From an uncultured delta proteobacterium (GTDB lineage: Bacteria; Desulfobacterota; Binatia; UBA9968), in NCBI GenBank assembly GCA_963804165.1, contig CAWDPO010000017.1, positions 394,178 to 458,177 of the forward strand: a stretch of DNA of 64,000 nt, in the 5' to 3' direction. The first letter of the stretch is position 1. Every line of letters begins with the position of its first letter. Position numbers and translations under genes: made by a program. Below, piece by piece: positions 1 to 10,559 of this stretch. The notes beneath the pieces were generated by a model. The model did no database searches and was not told where the DNA came from. It saw nothing but the letters and a program-made list of their open reading frames with translations.

Positions 1-265
1 AAACGGCATACCCGGCTTGCCGGTCAATTCTCCGTCCGACTTCATGAAGGACCCGCATATTCAAGCGCGCGGATTCTTCAGCGCCGTCACGCATCCCGTT
101 CTCGGTTCGTTTCAGCAACCGGGAAATAGTTTCATGGTTGATGGTGCGCGCACCGGTCCCGCGCCGGCGCCGCTCTTGGGGCAACATAACCAGGAAGTGT
201 TTTGTAAAGAGTTGGGGCTCAGCACGAGCGATATAAGCGCGCTCGCTGGGGACGGCGTGATATGA
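1..265 (+). CDS. CaiB/BaiF family III CoA transferase, C-terminal part (truncated by window edge)
   Basis: Typical C-terminus PVNSPSDFMKDPHIQARGFF...APLLGQHNQEV; tandem with the next CoA transferase. Confidence 0.85.
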   Translation, partial: NGIPGLPVNSPSDFMKDPHIQARGFFSAVTHPVLGSFQQPGNSFMVDGARTGPAPAPLLGQHNQEVFCKELGLSTSDISALAGDGVI

Positions 266-350
266 TCCATCTCAGATGTCAAATTTCAGATTCTAAAAAG
301 GACGGAGCGGTTTAGCCTTTGAGATCTAAGATTTGTGATTAGAGTAGGAC

Positions 351-1565
351 GTGAATACCACCAACGACATACTTAAAGGCGTGCGCATTGTCGCCTTCAC
401 CACCGGTTACGCCGGTCCGTACGCCGGCAGGTTGCTCGCCGGTTATGGCGCGGAAGTGATCAAGATCGAGTCCAAGAAGGGCGGTCTCGATACCTTTCGT
501 CATTACGGCCAGCACAAAGACATCGATGCGGCGCCGCGCTTTATCGAGTGCAATCTCGGTGTGCGCTCAATGGCGATCAATCTAAAGCATCCCACCGGCG
601 CGCGGCTGATTCGCGAGCTGGCCGGAAAATCAGACGGGGTCTTGCAGAATTTCCGTCCTAGGGTCTTGGATAAATTGGGTTTAAGCGACGACGAGTTGAG
701 AAAATCTAATGCAAAGCTTGTGATCGTGAAACTTCCCGGCTTTGGCAGCGAGGGGCCGAAGAGCAGCTACGGAACCTGGGGTTTTAATCTCACGGCGTTT
801 TCCGGCATGACCTATCTGTGGAATCATCCGGAACAGGATCGTCCCATCGGCAGCCAAGGCGTCTATCCGGATCACTTGGGTTTCGTCATGGCGCCGACAT
901 TGATCGTCGCTGCGCTGCTCAATAGCCGTCGCACGGGCAAAGGCGTGACCATCGATCTGGCGCAGATCGAAGGGACCGCGGCCGTTCTGGGCACGACCTA
1001 TCTGGAGACGTCGGTCAACGGCGATGATCCGCAACCCAAAGGCAATCACTACGCCGTTGCTGCGCCGCATGGTTGTTACCGCTGCCAGGGTGAAGACCGC
1101 TGGTGTGTAATCTCGGTCCGCGGCGACGACGAGTGGCGTGGATTCTGCCGCGTTATCGGACGCGGCGAGTTGGTGAGCGACGCGCGTTTTGTGAGTTTAG
1201 CGGCGCGGCTGGAGCAGCGCGCGGCGCTTGACGCAATCGTCGAGGAGTGGACTCGAGCGCGTCCCGCGGAAGAGGTGATGACGAAGCTGCAAGGGGCGGG
1301 CGTGCCGGCCGGTGTGGTGCAGACCGGTGCCGATCTATCAAAAGATGCGCAACTGCGCCACAGAAACTATTTCGCCCCATTCGCCGATTCGCTGATCGGA
1401 CCCTTTGAAATTCCACGCAGCGGTTTCTTGTTTCGCGGCGCGCAGGAAGAACCTTTGCGCTTGCCCAACCGCTTTGGCGCTGACAACGACGCGATTCTCA
1501 GTGAGCTACTCGGCTATGACCGAGCGACGATCGAGCAATGGCGCCAGGAAGAGATCTTGACATAA
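351..1565 (+). CDS. CaiB/BaiF family III CoA transferase
   Basis: LKGVRIV...AGPYAGRLLAGYGAEVIKIES, NFRP, PHGCYRC motifs; 404 aa. Confidence 0.9.
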   Translation: MNTTNDILKGVRIVAFTTGYAGPYAGRLLAGYGAEVIKIESKKGGLDTFRHYGQHKDIDAAPRFIECNLGVRSMAINLKHPTGARLIRELAGKSDGVLQNFRPRVLDKLGLSDDELRKSNAKLVIVKLPGFGSEGPKSSYGTWGFNLTAFSGMTYLWNHPEQDRPIGSQGVYPDHLGFVMAPTLIVAALLNSRRTGKGVTIDLAQIEGTAAVLGTTYLETSVNGDDPQPKGNHYAVAAPHGCYRCQGEDRWCVISVRGDDEWRGFCRVIGRGELVSDARFVSLAARLEQRAALDAIVEEWTRARPAEEVMTKLQGAGVPAGVVQTGADLSKDAQLRHRNYFAPFADSLIGPFEIPRSGFLFRGAQEEPLRLPNRFGADNDAILSELLGYDRATIEQWRQEEILT

Positions 1566-1668
1566 CGTCTCGGTTTACGCCTGGAAGCGTTCACGAAACC
1601 ATTCAAAGCGTCGCGAGTTAACGGAAAGTCGGCTGACGTTTCTTCACGTTTAGGAGATTGCATTGAAC

Positions 1669-1742
1669 TGTCATCCTGAGGCGAAGCCGAAGGATCTCGA
1701 CTTTGAAACGAGTTTGAAATGCGAGATGCTTCGCTTTGCTCA
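1669..1742. repeat. REP-like bipartite palindrome whose right arm is interrupted by the IS
   Basis: Left arm TGTCATCCTGAGGCGAAGCCGAAGGATCTC (1669-1698); right arm GAGATGCTTCGCTTTGCTCA (1723-1742) continues as GCATGACA at 3060-3067. Confidence 0.85.
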
Positions 1743-1761
1743 TCTATGAAAGCTTTGTCAA

Positions 1762-1948
1762 GGTGGCTGATATTCACATATCGATATTCCGTCAAAGGTT
1801 TTGAACAAACTTACTCATATCGTCCGTAGTCCTGCGCACCCGATGTTATCGGACTCATGCTATTCGCCGTCTTAAGCGGCAGAGGAAAATGCCACAGGGC
1901 TGTCGCAATCAGCATTCGAGCCTTGTTTGGCTCATGAGCGAAACGCGC
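1762..1948 (-). ncRNA. Putative bridge/seek RNA region of the IS1111 element
   Basis: ~190 nt non-coding region downstream of the transposase; CGTTTCGCTCA and ATGCTGA segments matching the target flank a GAGCC/GGCTC hairpin. Confidence 0.7.
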
Positions 1949-2989
1949 TTAGCCCCGCGTGGACGACATCGGTTCCCGATAGGACTCTCCCTTCTTAAGC
2001 ATCCAGAAAGCCGCCTCGGCCAAGTGTCGGGCGACCGCCACAATCGCTTTGCCATGACCGCGCCTGGCTTTGACGTTTTCATACAGCCGGCTGATATGTC
2101 GGTACTGGCAGCGCTCGCGGTTGAGCACCGCGCTGTTGGCCGCCTCGACGAAGGCCCACTTGAGATACAGGTTCACATCTTTGCGCACCCGCCCGTAGCG
2201 GATCTTGCCGCCACTGGAGTTCTCTCGCGGTACCAGTCCCGCATAGCTCGCCAACTGTTCGGCTCGGCCAAAGCGTTCGATGGTGCCGATCTCAGTCCAA
2301 ATCACCACCGCCAGCATTTCACCGACCCCCGGCTCACTCTTCAAGTAGGTCGTCTGGGGGCAGGGAGCAAACGCTGCTTGCATCTTTGCTTCGATGACCT
2401 TGAGATTGGCTTGTACATGATCGAGTTCGTCAAGCATCAACTTCAGCGCTTCGCCGGTATGAGGGGGCAGTTTAGCCAGCAGTCCTTCGAGGATCTGTCG
2501 TCCCTGCTTGCCAAAGGCGTCGCTGATTCCGTCCACCTTAAAGCCGTACTTACTTATAGTGGCGTGAATCCGATTCTTGAGTTGGGTGCGTTGATTGCTC
2601 AACACCATGCGGGTGCGCGGCAACTCCCGAGCGTCGCGCACCGCGGACGGGGGAATCCGGACCGTCGGCAGGGTTCCTGCCCTCTGCAAACGGTTCATTC
2701 CTTTGGCATCCAACTTATCGCTCTTGTTGACGCTGCCGATCATCAGCTTGGCCAAGCGTGCATTGACCAGTTGCGGACTCCCTTTTCCAACTTCGATCTC
2801 ATCGACTACCCAGTACCAGTTCCCAACCGTCTCCACCGCCACGGGAGTTCCGGGATTCCACTTCTTGGTAAAGTTCTCGATGGTTCCACCAACGTGCGCG
2901 AGTTTGCACTCATAGAGCTTATCGCCCTTGTCGTTTTCCACTCGCGCCCAGCTGTAGTGCTTGTGAACATCCAATGCAATGTATTCCAT
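1949..2989 (-). CDS. IS110 family DEDD transposase/recombinase
   Basis: IALDVHK, VAVET, KSDKLDA, RFGRAEQLASYAGLVPRENSSGG, KAIVAVARHL motifs; intact 346 aa. Confidence 0.95.
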   Translation of the reverse strand: MEYIALDVHKHYSWARVENDKGDKLYECKLAHVGGTIENFTKKWNPGTPVAVETVGNWYWVVDEIEVGKGSPQLVNARLAKLMIGSVNKSDKLDAKGMNRLQRAGTLPTVRIPPSAVRDARELPRTRMVLSNQRTQLKNRIHATISKYGFKVDGISDAFGKQGRQILEGLLAKLPPHTGEALKLMLDELDHVQANLKVIEAKMQAAFAPCPQTTYLKSEPGVGEMLAVVIWTEIGTIERFGRAEQLASYAGLVPRENSSGGKIRYGRVRKDVNLYLKWAFVEAANSAVLNRERCQYRHISRLYENVKARRGHGKAIVAVARHLAEAAFWMLKKGESYREPMSSTRG

Positions 2990-3180
2990 TTGCGATTTCC
3001 TCCTTCACCCGCCAGTCTAGTCACTGACGCTGTGGATTCCATCGCTTTCATATTAATCAGCATGACACTTAAGTGTTTGGGCGGTTTGCGACCTGTGTAG
3101 GATCGGCGAGAGAGTGGATTTGGAGAAAGTTAGCCAGACCTCTCATAGTTTCTGTCGCGCGTTCGGTCGAGGGGGAAAAT

Positions 3181-4161
3181 ATGTTTGGAGTGTCCGCTTC
3201 CCTGGCGCTTTTCCTCGTATTCGTCGGTCAAGCTGAGATCACCTACGCGCAAGAGCCGGTTAAACTCCGTGCCAGCGTGGTGGCAAAAACGTTCGGCTTC
3301 GGCCCGCTCTGGGTGGCATCGAAGCAGGGATTTTTCAGCCAGCAAAAGCTCGACGTAGAAATTCTTCTGATTCGCGGGTCCGATGTATCCACTCAAGCAT
3401 TAGCCGGCGGTTCGTTGCAAATTTCCGGCGCGTCTGCCGATGCGCCGATCGCCGCCTTTGATCGCGGCCTGGACATGGTGATTATCGGCGGCATCATCAA
3501 TGGGCTGAGCCAATCGATCATGGCGGGCAAGAATTATAGGACCTACGAAGACTTGCGCGGCGCTACGCTCGGTGCCAATAGCCTCACCGCCGGGACGGCA
3601 TTTGCTTTCCGGCGCGTGCTCAAAGCGAAGGGACTGGAATATCCGCGCGATTACAAACTGATTAACGTGGGCGGAACGCCGCAAGCGCTCGCGGCGTTAG
3701 CTTCGGGCCAAATCGCCGCAGCGCCGCTGTCGTTACCCGTAAATTACGTGGCCGAGGAGCAAGGATTCAATACCATCGGTCGCTTCATCGACGTTATCCC
3801 GCACTATCAGCTCTCGGTGTACTCGGTGCTTCGGCCCTGGGCGGAAAAAAATCGTGCGGTTGTCGTTCGCTTCATGAAGTCGATCGCACTGGCGGCGCGC
3901 TGGATTTACGCGAATAAGGATGCCGCGACGGATTTGCTCGCCAAGGAGATGGGCCTCAAGCGCGAATACGCGCGCAAAGGTTGGGAGTTTTACACCGAGA
4001 AGGGTCTTTGGAATCCGGTCGGTGACGTGACCCTCGACGGACTCGGCATCGTCGCACAAATCTACGCCGAACAGAATCAGTTGAAGACGCCGCCCAATCC
4101 GGCCAAGTTCGTCGACCAAAGTTATCTGCGTGCTGCGCTAAAAGAGATGGATGGAAGGTAG
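3181..4161 (+). CDS. ABC substrate-binding protein, SsuA/THI5 (NMT1) family
   Basis: Signal peptide; LWVASKQGFF...DLRGATLG; C-terminal FVDQSYL. Confidence 0.85.
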   Translation: MFGVSASLALFLVFVGQAEITYAQEPVKLRASVVAKTFGFGPLWVASKQGFFSQQKLDVEILLIRGSDVSTQALAGGSLQISGASADAPIAAFDRGLDMVIIGGIINGLSQSIMAGKNYRTYEDLRGATLGANSLTAGTAFAFRRVLKAKGLEYPRDYKLINVGGTPQALAALASGQIAAAPLSLPVNYVAEEQGFNTIGRFIDVIPHYQLSVYSVLRPWAEKNRAVVVRFMKSIALAARWIYANKDAATDLLAKEMGLKREYARKGWEFYTEKGLWNPVGDVTLDGLGIVAQIYAEQNQLKTPPNPAKFVDQSYLRAALKEMDGR

Positions 4162-4305
4162 GATTCGAACTTCGTCGGAGATGTTCAAACCGTATCCTTC
4201 GTTACGGATGTGTTACGTGATTCTCGATCGTCCGCGCGCGATCTCTTGAATATTTTTCCACGTGACCCTAAACTCGGCGATCAATGTCAGTGGGATCCGC
4301 CTAGA

Positions 4306-4842
4306 GTGATAAACCCGCCCAAGACTCTCAAGACCGAACGTCTGCGATTGAGAAAAGCAAAATTGAGCGATGCCGAGGCGATTTTTTGCCAGTACGCTCA
4401 AGATCCGGAAGTCACCAAGTACGTCAGTTGGCACGCGCACAGAGACCTGGAAGAGACGCGCGAGTACATGCGTATGTGCCAGCTCGCCTGGGACGTCGGC
4501 AAGGCGTTTCACTGGGTCATCGAGCGAAACGAAGACAAACAAGTGATCGGCATGATGATCGCGAGAGTGAGCGGAGAAAAATGGGAGCTCGGTTACGTTC
4601 TGGCGCGTATTCATTGGGGCCGAGGATATATGACCGAAGCCCTGAAGGGATTGGTCGCGTGGGCGCTCAAGCAGAAAGATATTTTTCGCATCTGGGCGGT
4701 GTGTGACGTCGACAACCTCGCTTCCGCCCGCGTTATGGAAAAAGCCGGCATGGAACGCGAAGGGGTGCTGCGCCGCTGGTCGGTTCATCCCAATTTGAGT
4801 CCTGAGCCGCGGGACTCGTATTGCTACGCGATTACGAAGTGA
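4306..4842 (+). CDS. GNAT N-acetyltransferase (RimJ/RimL type)
   Basis: LKTERLRLR, ELGYVL...HWGRGYMTEA, NLASARVMEKAGM; start GTG inferred. Confidence 0.9.
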   Translation: MINPPKTLKTERLRLRKAKLSDAEAIFCQYAQDPEVTKYVSWHAHRDLEETREYMRMCQLAWDVGKAFHWVIERNEDKQVIGMMIARVSGEKWELGYVLARIHWGRGYMTEALKGLVAWALKQKDIFRIWAVCDVDNLASARVMEKAGMEREGVLRRWSVHPNLSPEPRDSYCYAITK

Positions 4843-4907
4843 AGAAAAAGATTGAAGTGTTGCAGTAATGGAGTAGTGGAGTGATGGGTGAGGAGAAGAG
4901 GTTCCCG

Positions 4908-5958
4908 ATGGCAGCTTGGGAAATTGGCATTCGCAGGATTACGGTCAAATACATGGGCGTCGCTGTCCTTACATTTTTGACATTGGTCTGCGGTCCATCG
5001 GGCGCGCACGCCGCCAGCGATGCTATCGGCTCACTGGAAAAGACGGAACTTGTCTTGGCCTATCCTCAGGCGAGCGGAGTTTTCACGCCGATCTTCGTCG
5101 GCGAGCGAAGCAGGTCTATTCAAGAAACACGGTCTCACCGTCAAACTCCAGCAGCTCAATCCGCAACTCTCCGTGCAGGCCGTGGTTTCCGGATCGGCCG
5201 ATGTCTCGGTTGCCGCCGGCGACCTGGTTAACGCCAGCATTCAAGGGGCAAAGATCAAGCTGGTCGGCAGCTCCATGTCGCAGCTTGTTTTTCAACTTTG
5301 GGCAGCCAAAGAAATTACTACTGTCCAACAGCTCAAGGGAAAAACGCTTGCCGGGACGACGCCACGCTCGGTTCTCGAAATCGCCACCAGAGAAGCTTTG
5401 AAGCGCCAGGGACTTAACTTCGAAAGCGATTACAAACTGATCTACATGCAAAGCGTGCCGGCGATTCTTACGGCGATTTCGACAGGCAAAGCCGCAGCCG
5501 GGGCCTTGTCGGCGCCGACGACTTTGAAAGCAAAGGACGCCGGTTTGAATTTGCTCGTCGATATCGCCAAGGCCAACGTTGCCGGACTGCCGCTGGCTTA
5601 TGGTTTCACCGAGAAATTCATCAAAGAGAATCCCGGCACAATCACGGCATTTCTAAAGGGAGTCGCCGAAGGCGTGGCGCGCACCAAGAACGATTCGGTC
5701 ACGGCCAAACAGGCCATCGGCAAATTCACCAAGACCGACGATGCCAAAGTGATCGACGACACCTACGATTTCTATGCGCCGTATTGGGTGACGAATCTGA
5801 CGCTTAGGCCGGAACAGTTGCAAACCTGGTTTAGTTATCTCGACGATAAAGAGTATCCGCAGGCCGCAAAGGCGAACCCGAAAGACTTCTACGATAATTC
5901 GTTTGTCGAGGCGTTGGAGAAGTCAGGCTTCTTTCAAAAGCTCGCCCAAGCAAAGTGA
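4908..5958 (+). CDS. SsuA/THI5-family SBP (frameshift ~5105)
   Basis: Signal peptide in ORF 4881 joins ORF 5020 at EAGLFKKHGL. Confidence 0.8.
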
Positions 5959-5991
5959 GCGCCGGCGTTTACGCATCAGCCGAGGTGATCC

Positions 5992-6971
5992 ATGTCAAAG
6001 TTGATTAGAGCCCTGGCGATTCTACTGATGATCGTGGGCGCGACGTCGGCTTCAGCTCAAGACCGCGTGCGCGTCGGTTGGGCGGCCATGACTGCGTCAC
6101 ACACGCCGTTATGGGTGGCCCAGGAGAAAGGATTCTTGTCGAAGCAGGGACTGTTCGTCGAGCCGATTTTTTTCGGCGCCGGTCCGCCGGCGATGCAAGC
6201 GTTGGTTGCCGGCGACCTCGATATTGTGGTTACGTCGGCGCCCAATGTGGTCAATCCCCGCCTCGGCGGCGCGGACGTGGTCATGGTGCTCTCGATTATC
6301 CCGACGTTTATCGATCACATCATCAGCGCAGCCGAGCATCCGATCCCGAACAATTGAAAGGCAAGATCGGTTCGGTCAATCGCTTCGGCAGCATCTCGGA
6401 GATGGGGTTGCGGCTATCGTCGCGCCGCCTGGGCATCGATCCCGAAAAGGACGTGACGATCGTGCCCGCAGGCGGGAATCCCGAGCGGCTCGCGTCTATT
6501 TCTAAAGGGATTTCTCAATTTACCATCATGAACGAGCCGTTTATCAAAGAAGCGGAGCGTCTCGGCTTTCGCGATCTGGTCAACATGGCGACGCTGAAAA
6601 TTCCTTTCCATGGCAATGGCGTGGTGACGCGCGAGGCGACCATCAAAGCGCGACGGCCGGTCATCACAAAATTTGCGCGCGCCATCACCGAAGCGATCCA
6701 TTACATAAAAGCCGATAAAGAAACCACGAAGGCGATCATCGGCAAGTACACCCGGCTCGCGGACCCGGAGGGACTGGAGCGGACCTATCGGAACTACACC
6801 TCGGTGTTGATGGATATCCGTCGCCCGATCCCGCCGGCATGAAAACATTGCTCGATGACATGGCGCCGAAAAACCCCAAAGCCGCGGCCGCCGATCCGAA
6901 AAGCTTCGTCGACCAAAGTTTGTTCAGGAAATGGAGACCGCGGCTTTATCAAGCAGCTACACAAACGCTAA
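5992..6971 (+). CDS. SsuA/THI5-family SBP (several frameshifts)
   Basis: ORFs 5992, 6078 and 6839 join into one SBP ending at TAA 6969-6971. Confidence 0.8.
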
Positions 6972-7308
6972 CGGGACCATTGGCGGAAGGTCGCGGCCTG
7001 CTACCGCTTTTCTTTCCGCTCTAGGTTCCTCAGCTTGTGATTGCAAGCGGAGCGTTGTGGATGGTTGCATTTGCGATATTCGTCGTCATCTACACGCCCA
7101 TCCTGACCCAAGCGAGAATCGACAGCCGCCCGGGCTAAGGTTGTGCAAATCGGCGCGGCATAGTACTGGCTCAAAGACGACGGTCGAAGTGCCGGCGCGG
7201 ATCGCGTCTGTGCTTGGCCTCCGGGTACTTAAATAGTTAAAGCGGGAACCTACATGAGCGATTAGGTTTTTGCTGCCGATAAAAAGGCTAGGCAAGGAGA
7301 GATAGTCC

Positions 7309-8320
7309 ATGAGTCAAATTATTATCACTCGGTTCCTAGTCCTGACATTCGTCGTGATCTGCGCGATTCTACGCTGCGAGTCACCGGGATTCAGCCGCGG
7401 AAAAACTCGTTGGTCTCCAGTCTGCGCCGAGCATTGCGATGGCCTTGCCCTGGTTCGCCGAAGAAGCGCGGCTCCATCCGAAATACGATCTCGATTTTCA
7501 ACTGGTTTACATCGCCTCGTCGGGCATCGTGACTGCCGCGATGAGCGGCGGCAACGGTTCGGTGGCCCTGGTCGGCGGCGAGGGACCGATCCGCGCCTTT
7601 ATCGGCGGTAATACCGATTTCGTTTTCATCGGCTCGGTGAAGAATGTCCTTACGCACAGCATCATGGGCAAGCCCGAGATCAAAAGGCCGGAAGACCTGA
7701 AAGGCAAGAAAGTCGGCGTCGGCCGCATCGGCGGCAACTCCCACTACTTTGCTCAATACGGCATGCGCCAGAAAGGCATGGACCTGGCGCGAGACACTAA
7801 CTTTATTCAAACCGGTGGGGCTCCTGAAACATTTCTGGCTCTGGCGACGGGTGCCGTCGATGCCGCCTCGTTGACCACGCCGCAGGACACGCGGGCAGCT
7901 TTCCTGGGTTACAATTACGTCATCGACGGCAGAGAGCTGAAACCGCCTTACGTCGCGACCGGGTTTGTCACGTTGCGCTCGGTCATCGCCAAGCGGCCGA
8001 AGGTGGTCAGCCAGTTCATGCACATGATGGCGGAGTCGCTTAAAATCATGTTGTCGGATCGCGATCTGGCTTTCCGACTCATGTCAAAGAAAATCGGTCT
8101 CACCGACCGCAAGGTCTTCGACGCCGCCTACACCGCGGAGCTTAAAGTGCTGGAGCCGCGCCTGGACATTAAACCGATCGCGATCCAAGCGACCCTCGAT
8201 GAGATCGCCAAAACAGACCCACGCGCCAAGCAAGTAAAAGCGGAGCAGTTGATCGACCGGCGCTTTCTCGAAGAGATGGAGAAGGACGGGACGTTTGAGC
8301 GGTTGGGACTGGCGCGCTAG
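7309..8320 (+). CDS. SsuA/THI5-family SBP (frameshift ~7390-7430)
   Basis: Signal peptide in ORF 7309; body in ORF 7439 (EDLKGKKVGVGRIG); paralog of 13537. Confidence 0.8.
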
Positions 8321-8335
8321 GTGGGACGCGAGCGC

Positions 8336-8391
8336 GTTCAAAGTTCAAGGGTTCAAGGTTCAAAGTTGGGAGAACGAAGACCTTGAACTTT
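8336..8391. repeat. GTTCAA(A/G) short tandem repeat with inverted copy
   Basis: gttcaaa-gttcaagg-gttcaag-gttcaaa followed by ccttgaactt. Confidence 0.75.
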
Positions 8392-8472
8392 TATAGGCGA
8401 GCGCGACCTTCGCGGGTAAGCTGCCATAACAAGTGACTGCTATGCCGCTATATGAGGTCATAATACGTATCG

Positions 8473-8501
8473 TTGACAACTATTAATGAAAGCAACACAA
8501 T
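8473..8501 (+). promoter_or_regulatory. Sigma70-type promoter of the three-gene island
   Basis: TTGACA (8473-8478), 17 bp spacer, CACAAT (8496-8501) in an AT-rich patch. Confidence 0.6.
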
Positions 8502-8607
8502 CGCCGCTTAACTGAATCTCGCGCTGTGCGGAGATCGTGTATCGGTTGCTTAAGGCTGCGTGGGGTCACTTCCGGCCGCGCGGCCGAGGTGCGCTCGGAG
8601 AGAACTC

Positions 8608-9368
8608 GTGAACCTTGGCCAAGTCATCCTGACTGTTCAACACTTCACACGGCGATGGCCAGAAGTGAAGAGGTTTCCAGGCGAGGCGGCGCGTGCCGAA
8701 GGCGACACCGATGGCGGCTTCGAGCGTCACCTGCGCGCAAATCTAGAGGCAGTCGGCATTCCTGGAGATGTCGCGCTTGCGCGCGAGCTTCACTTCCACG
8801 ACGGACGTCCTGGCGCGATCGTGCCTCAGCACGAGCTTGACTTGGTCATGCGACTCAGCGAGGGCCCGTGCGTTCTCGAAGCCAAGGCGTGGACTGCCGT
8901 CGTCGACAAAGACCCCATCATCGTGTTTCTCGGTAAGGTGCTCGACTTTATCGCATCGCCGAGGTCTGACTCCCTGACGGACTCGCTCAAGGTGGGCTTT
9001 ATTGGCCTCTCCGGCTTCACCGAGGCCGCACGTCGGATCATGTTCGATTCGGCGTGGTGCCGTTCTCCAAGATCGGAGCCGATCTGTCGTTCCAATTCAT
9101 TGACCTTCAGCTTGCCGAGCTTGAGCGATGTTGTATCAATGCTAGTGATGTAGGGGCGGAGGATGTGATCACGGCCCGCGCATTCATCGGGCCTTTCGTG
9201 GCTTTTGAGCGCAGGGAACTCACCACAATTGTGCGAGTCGAGGGCGACGAGGCCATTGTGGACCTTGCCGGACTCAGGCGCGGGGCGGAACTGTATGAAG
9301 AGGCTAGGACTGCCCATGCTTATGCCCTGGACATTTACCGCAAAGTGAGTAAGCGCTTCACGGTGTGA
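8608..9368 (+). CDS. PD-(D/E)xK restriction-endonuclease-fold (Mrr-like) protein (frameshift ~9048)
   Basis: GGAG RBS plus GTG 8608; GFE...HELDLV...VLEAKAW...SGFTEAA motif series; continues in ORF 9054. Confidence 0.7.
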
Positions 9369-9381
9369 GCAGGGAAACGCG

Positions 9382-10549
9382 ATGCCCAACATCACTCATT
9401 TCAACGTCAGCGACGTCGCGCTCTACTATCAGGGGCTGGTTGCGCTAGCGGCGTCCCCGATGGCGAGCGCGGTCGCAGCTGAAGAGATACGGAGGCGCGC
9501 TGTCACCTATGTCGAAAGGCGTCGGGCTATCTTTTCTCTGCCATCGCCACGAGGACAACTCGACACGCTGGGTGAGAAGATTCTTTTTGACTTGCGCCAG
9601 ATGGACCTTGCCACTGTCGCGGACACAAAAGTTAAACTTACCGCAGCCGGCCTCGCCATCGTAGACAGTCTGAAAAAAGGCGAAGGCCGTCGGGCGCGGC
9701 TTGCGATCCTCGCACGGCTCGTCGAGACCTACGACAACGCCGCATTCCTCTGCACAACGGTCACTCCACCGAAGGGCAAGCCCCTCTTCGTACCGATTCC
9801 GCGCGCGACGACGGAGGAGATCGAGGACGACGAGGGGGAGACCCGTCTTGTGCCGGCCAACCTGGAGTCCGTATGCGCAGCGTGGGTGGAGTGGAGTCTG
9901 GAAAACCACCGGCCGGACCTCATGCCTCCCGATCTTCAGAAGCAGACGGAGGCACTTGTGGAGGCGTCCAAAGACAAGCGCGGCTTCGCCGAGAAGGCCG
10001 CAACGCTCTCGCGCAGATTGTGGTGGGCACAGCCACGAAGGGCCACATCGCCAAGGCCCCAATCTACCGTACTGTCCGGGATCGCCTGAGCACGGCAGGC
10101 GGCCTTAACAGCATCATACGTCCTGTCCCAGAGAAACCGCTCTCCGTCGAGGTCGTGTTCTCTTGCATGCATTTTGGCCCGCCTTCGTCGCGCGGTGGAA
10201 GAGTGGCAGCCGCTGGGGCGGTAAGTTCATCCCGGACATCTGGATTCACGAGGCGGAGCCAGCACACTTGGAGTCGAGCGTCCTTACGGCACTCCGAGAG
10301 GCGCAATCCTCCCTCGTCGAGCGCGCTGGCTACTATAGGATCTACGAGCTTCGAGACCGAGTCTGCGAGGCACTCGCATTGTCGCAAGGAATGTTCGACT
10401 CGGTCTTCGTTTACATATATCGAACGCGACCCGGTTTGATGACGCTAGGGGTCGATTACGAGAAGATTACGGCCAAGCGTCTTCCAATCGAGATCCGCGA
10501 TGGGACCTCATCCAATCTCTTTAACCTTGTCGCCTTCAAGGGCGAGTAG
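9382..10549 (+). CDS. Hypothetical ~390 aa protein with probable winged-helix domains (frameshifts ~9995 and ~10200)
   Basis: ORFs 9382, 9873 and 10163 join; N-terminal DLRQMDLA...VKLTAAG and C-terminal YRIYELRDRVCEALALSQGMFD resemble wHTH. Confidence 0.6.
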
Positions 10550-10559
10550 GAGGTAGCAC

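Larger units (their letters stand above)
1743..3059 (-). mobile_element. Complete IS110-family (IS1111-type) insertion sequence
   Basis: Sub-terminal inverted repeats TATGAAAGC (1745-1753) and GCTTTCATA (3044-3052); TCA core at both junctions (1740-1742, 3057-3059); removal restores the REP arm. Confidence 0.9.

Noticed and set aside
1889-3100. 403 aa plus-strand ORF and many other long antisense ORFs
   Set aside because: Shadow frames of real genes in GC-rich DNA; no motifs or RBS.
8423-8478. attC site before the defence-like operon (CCATAAC...GTTGACA)
   Set aside because: No paired internal boxes; the GTT is part of the -35 element.
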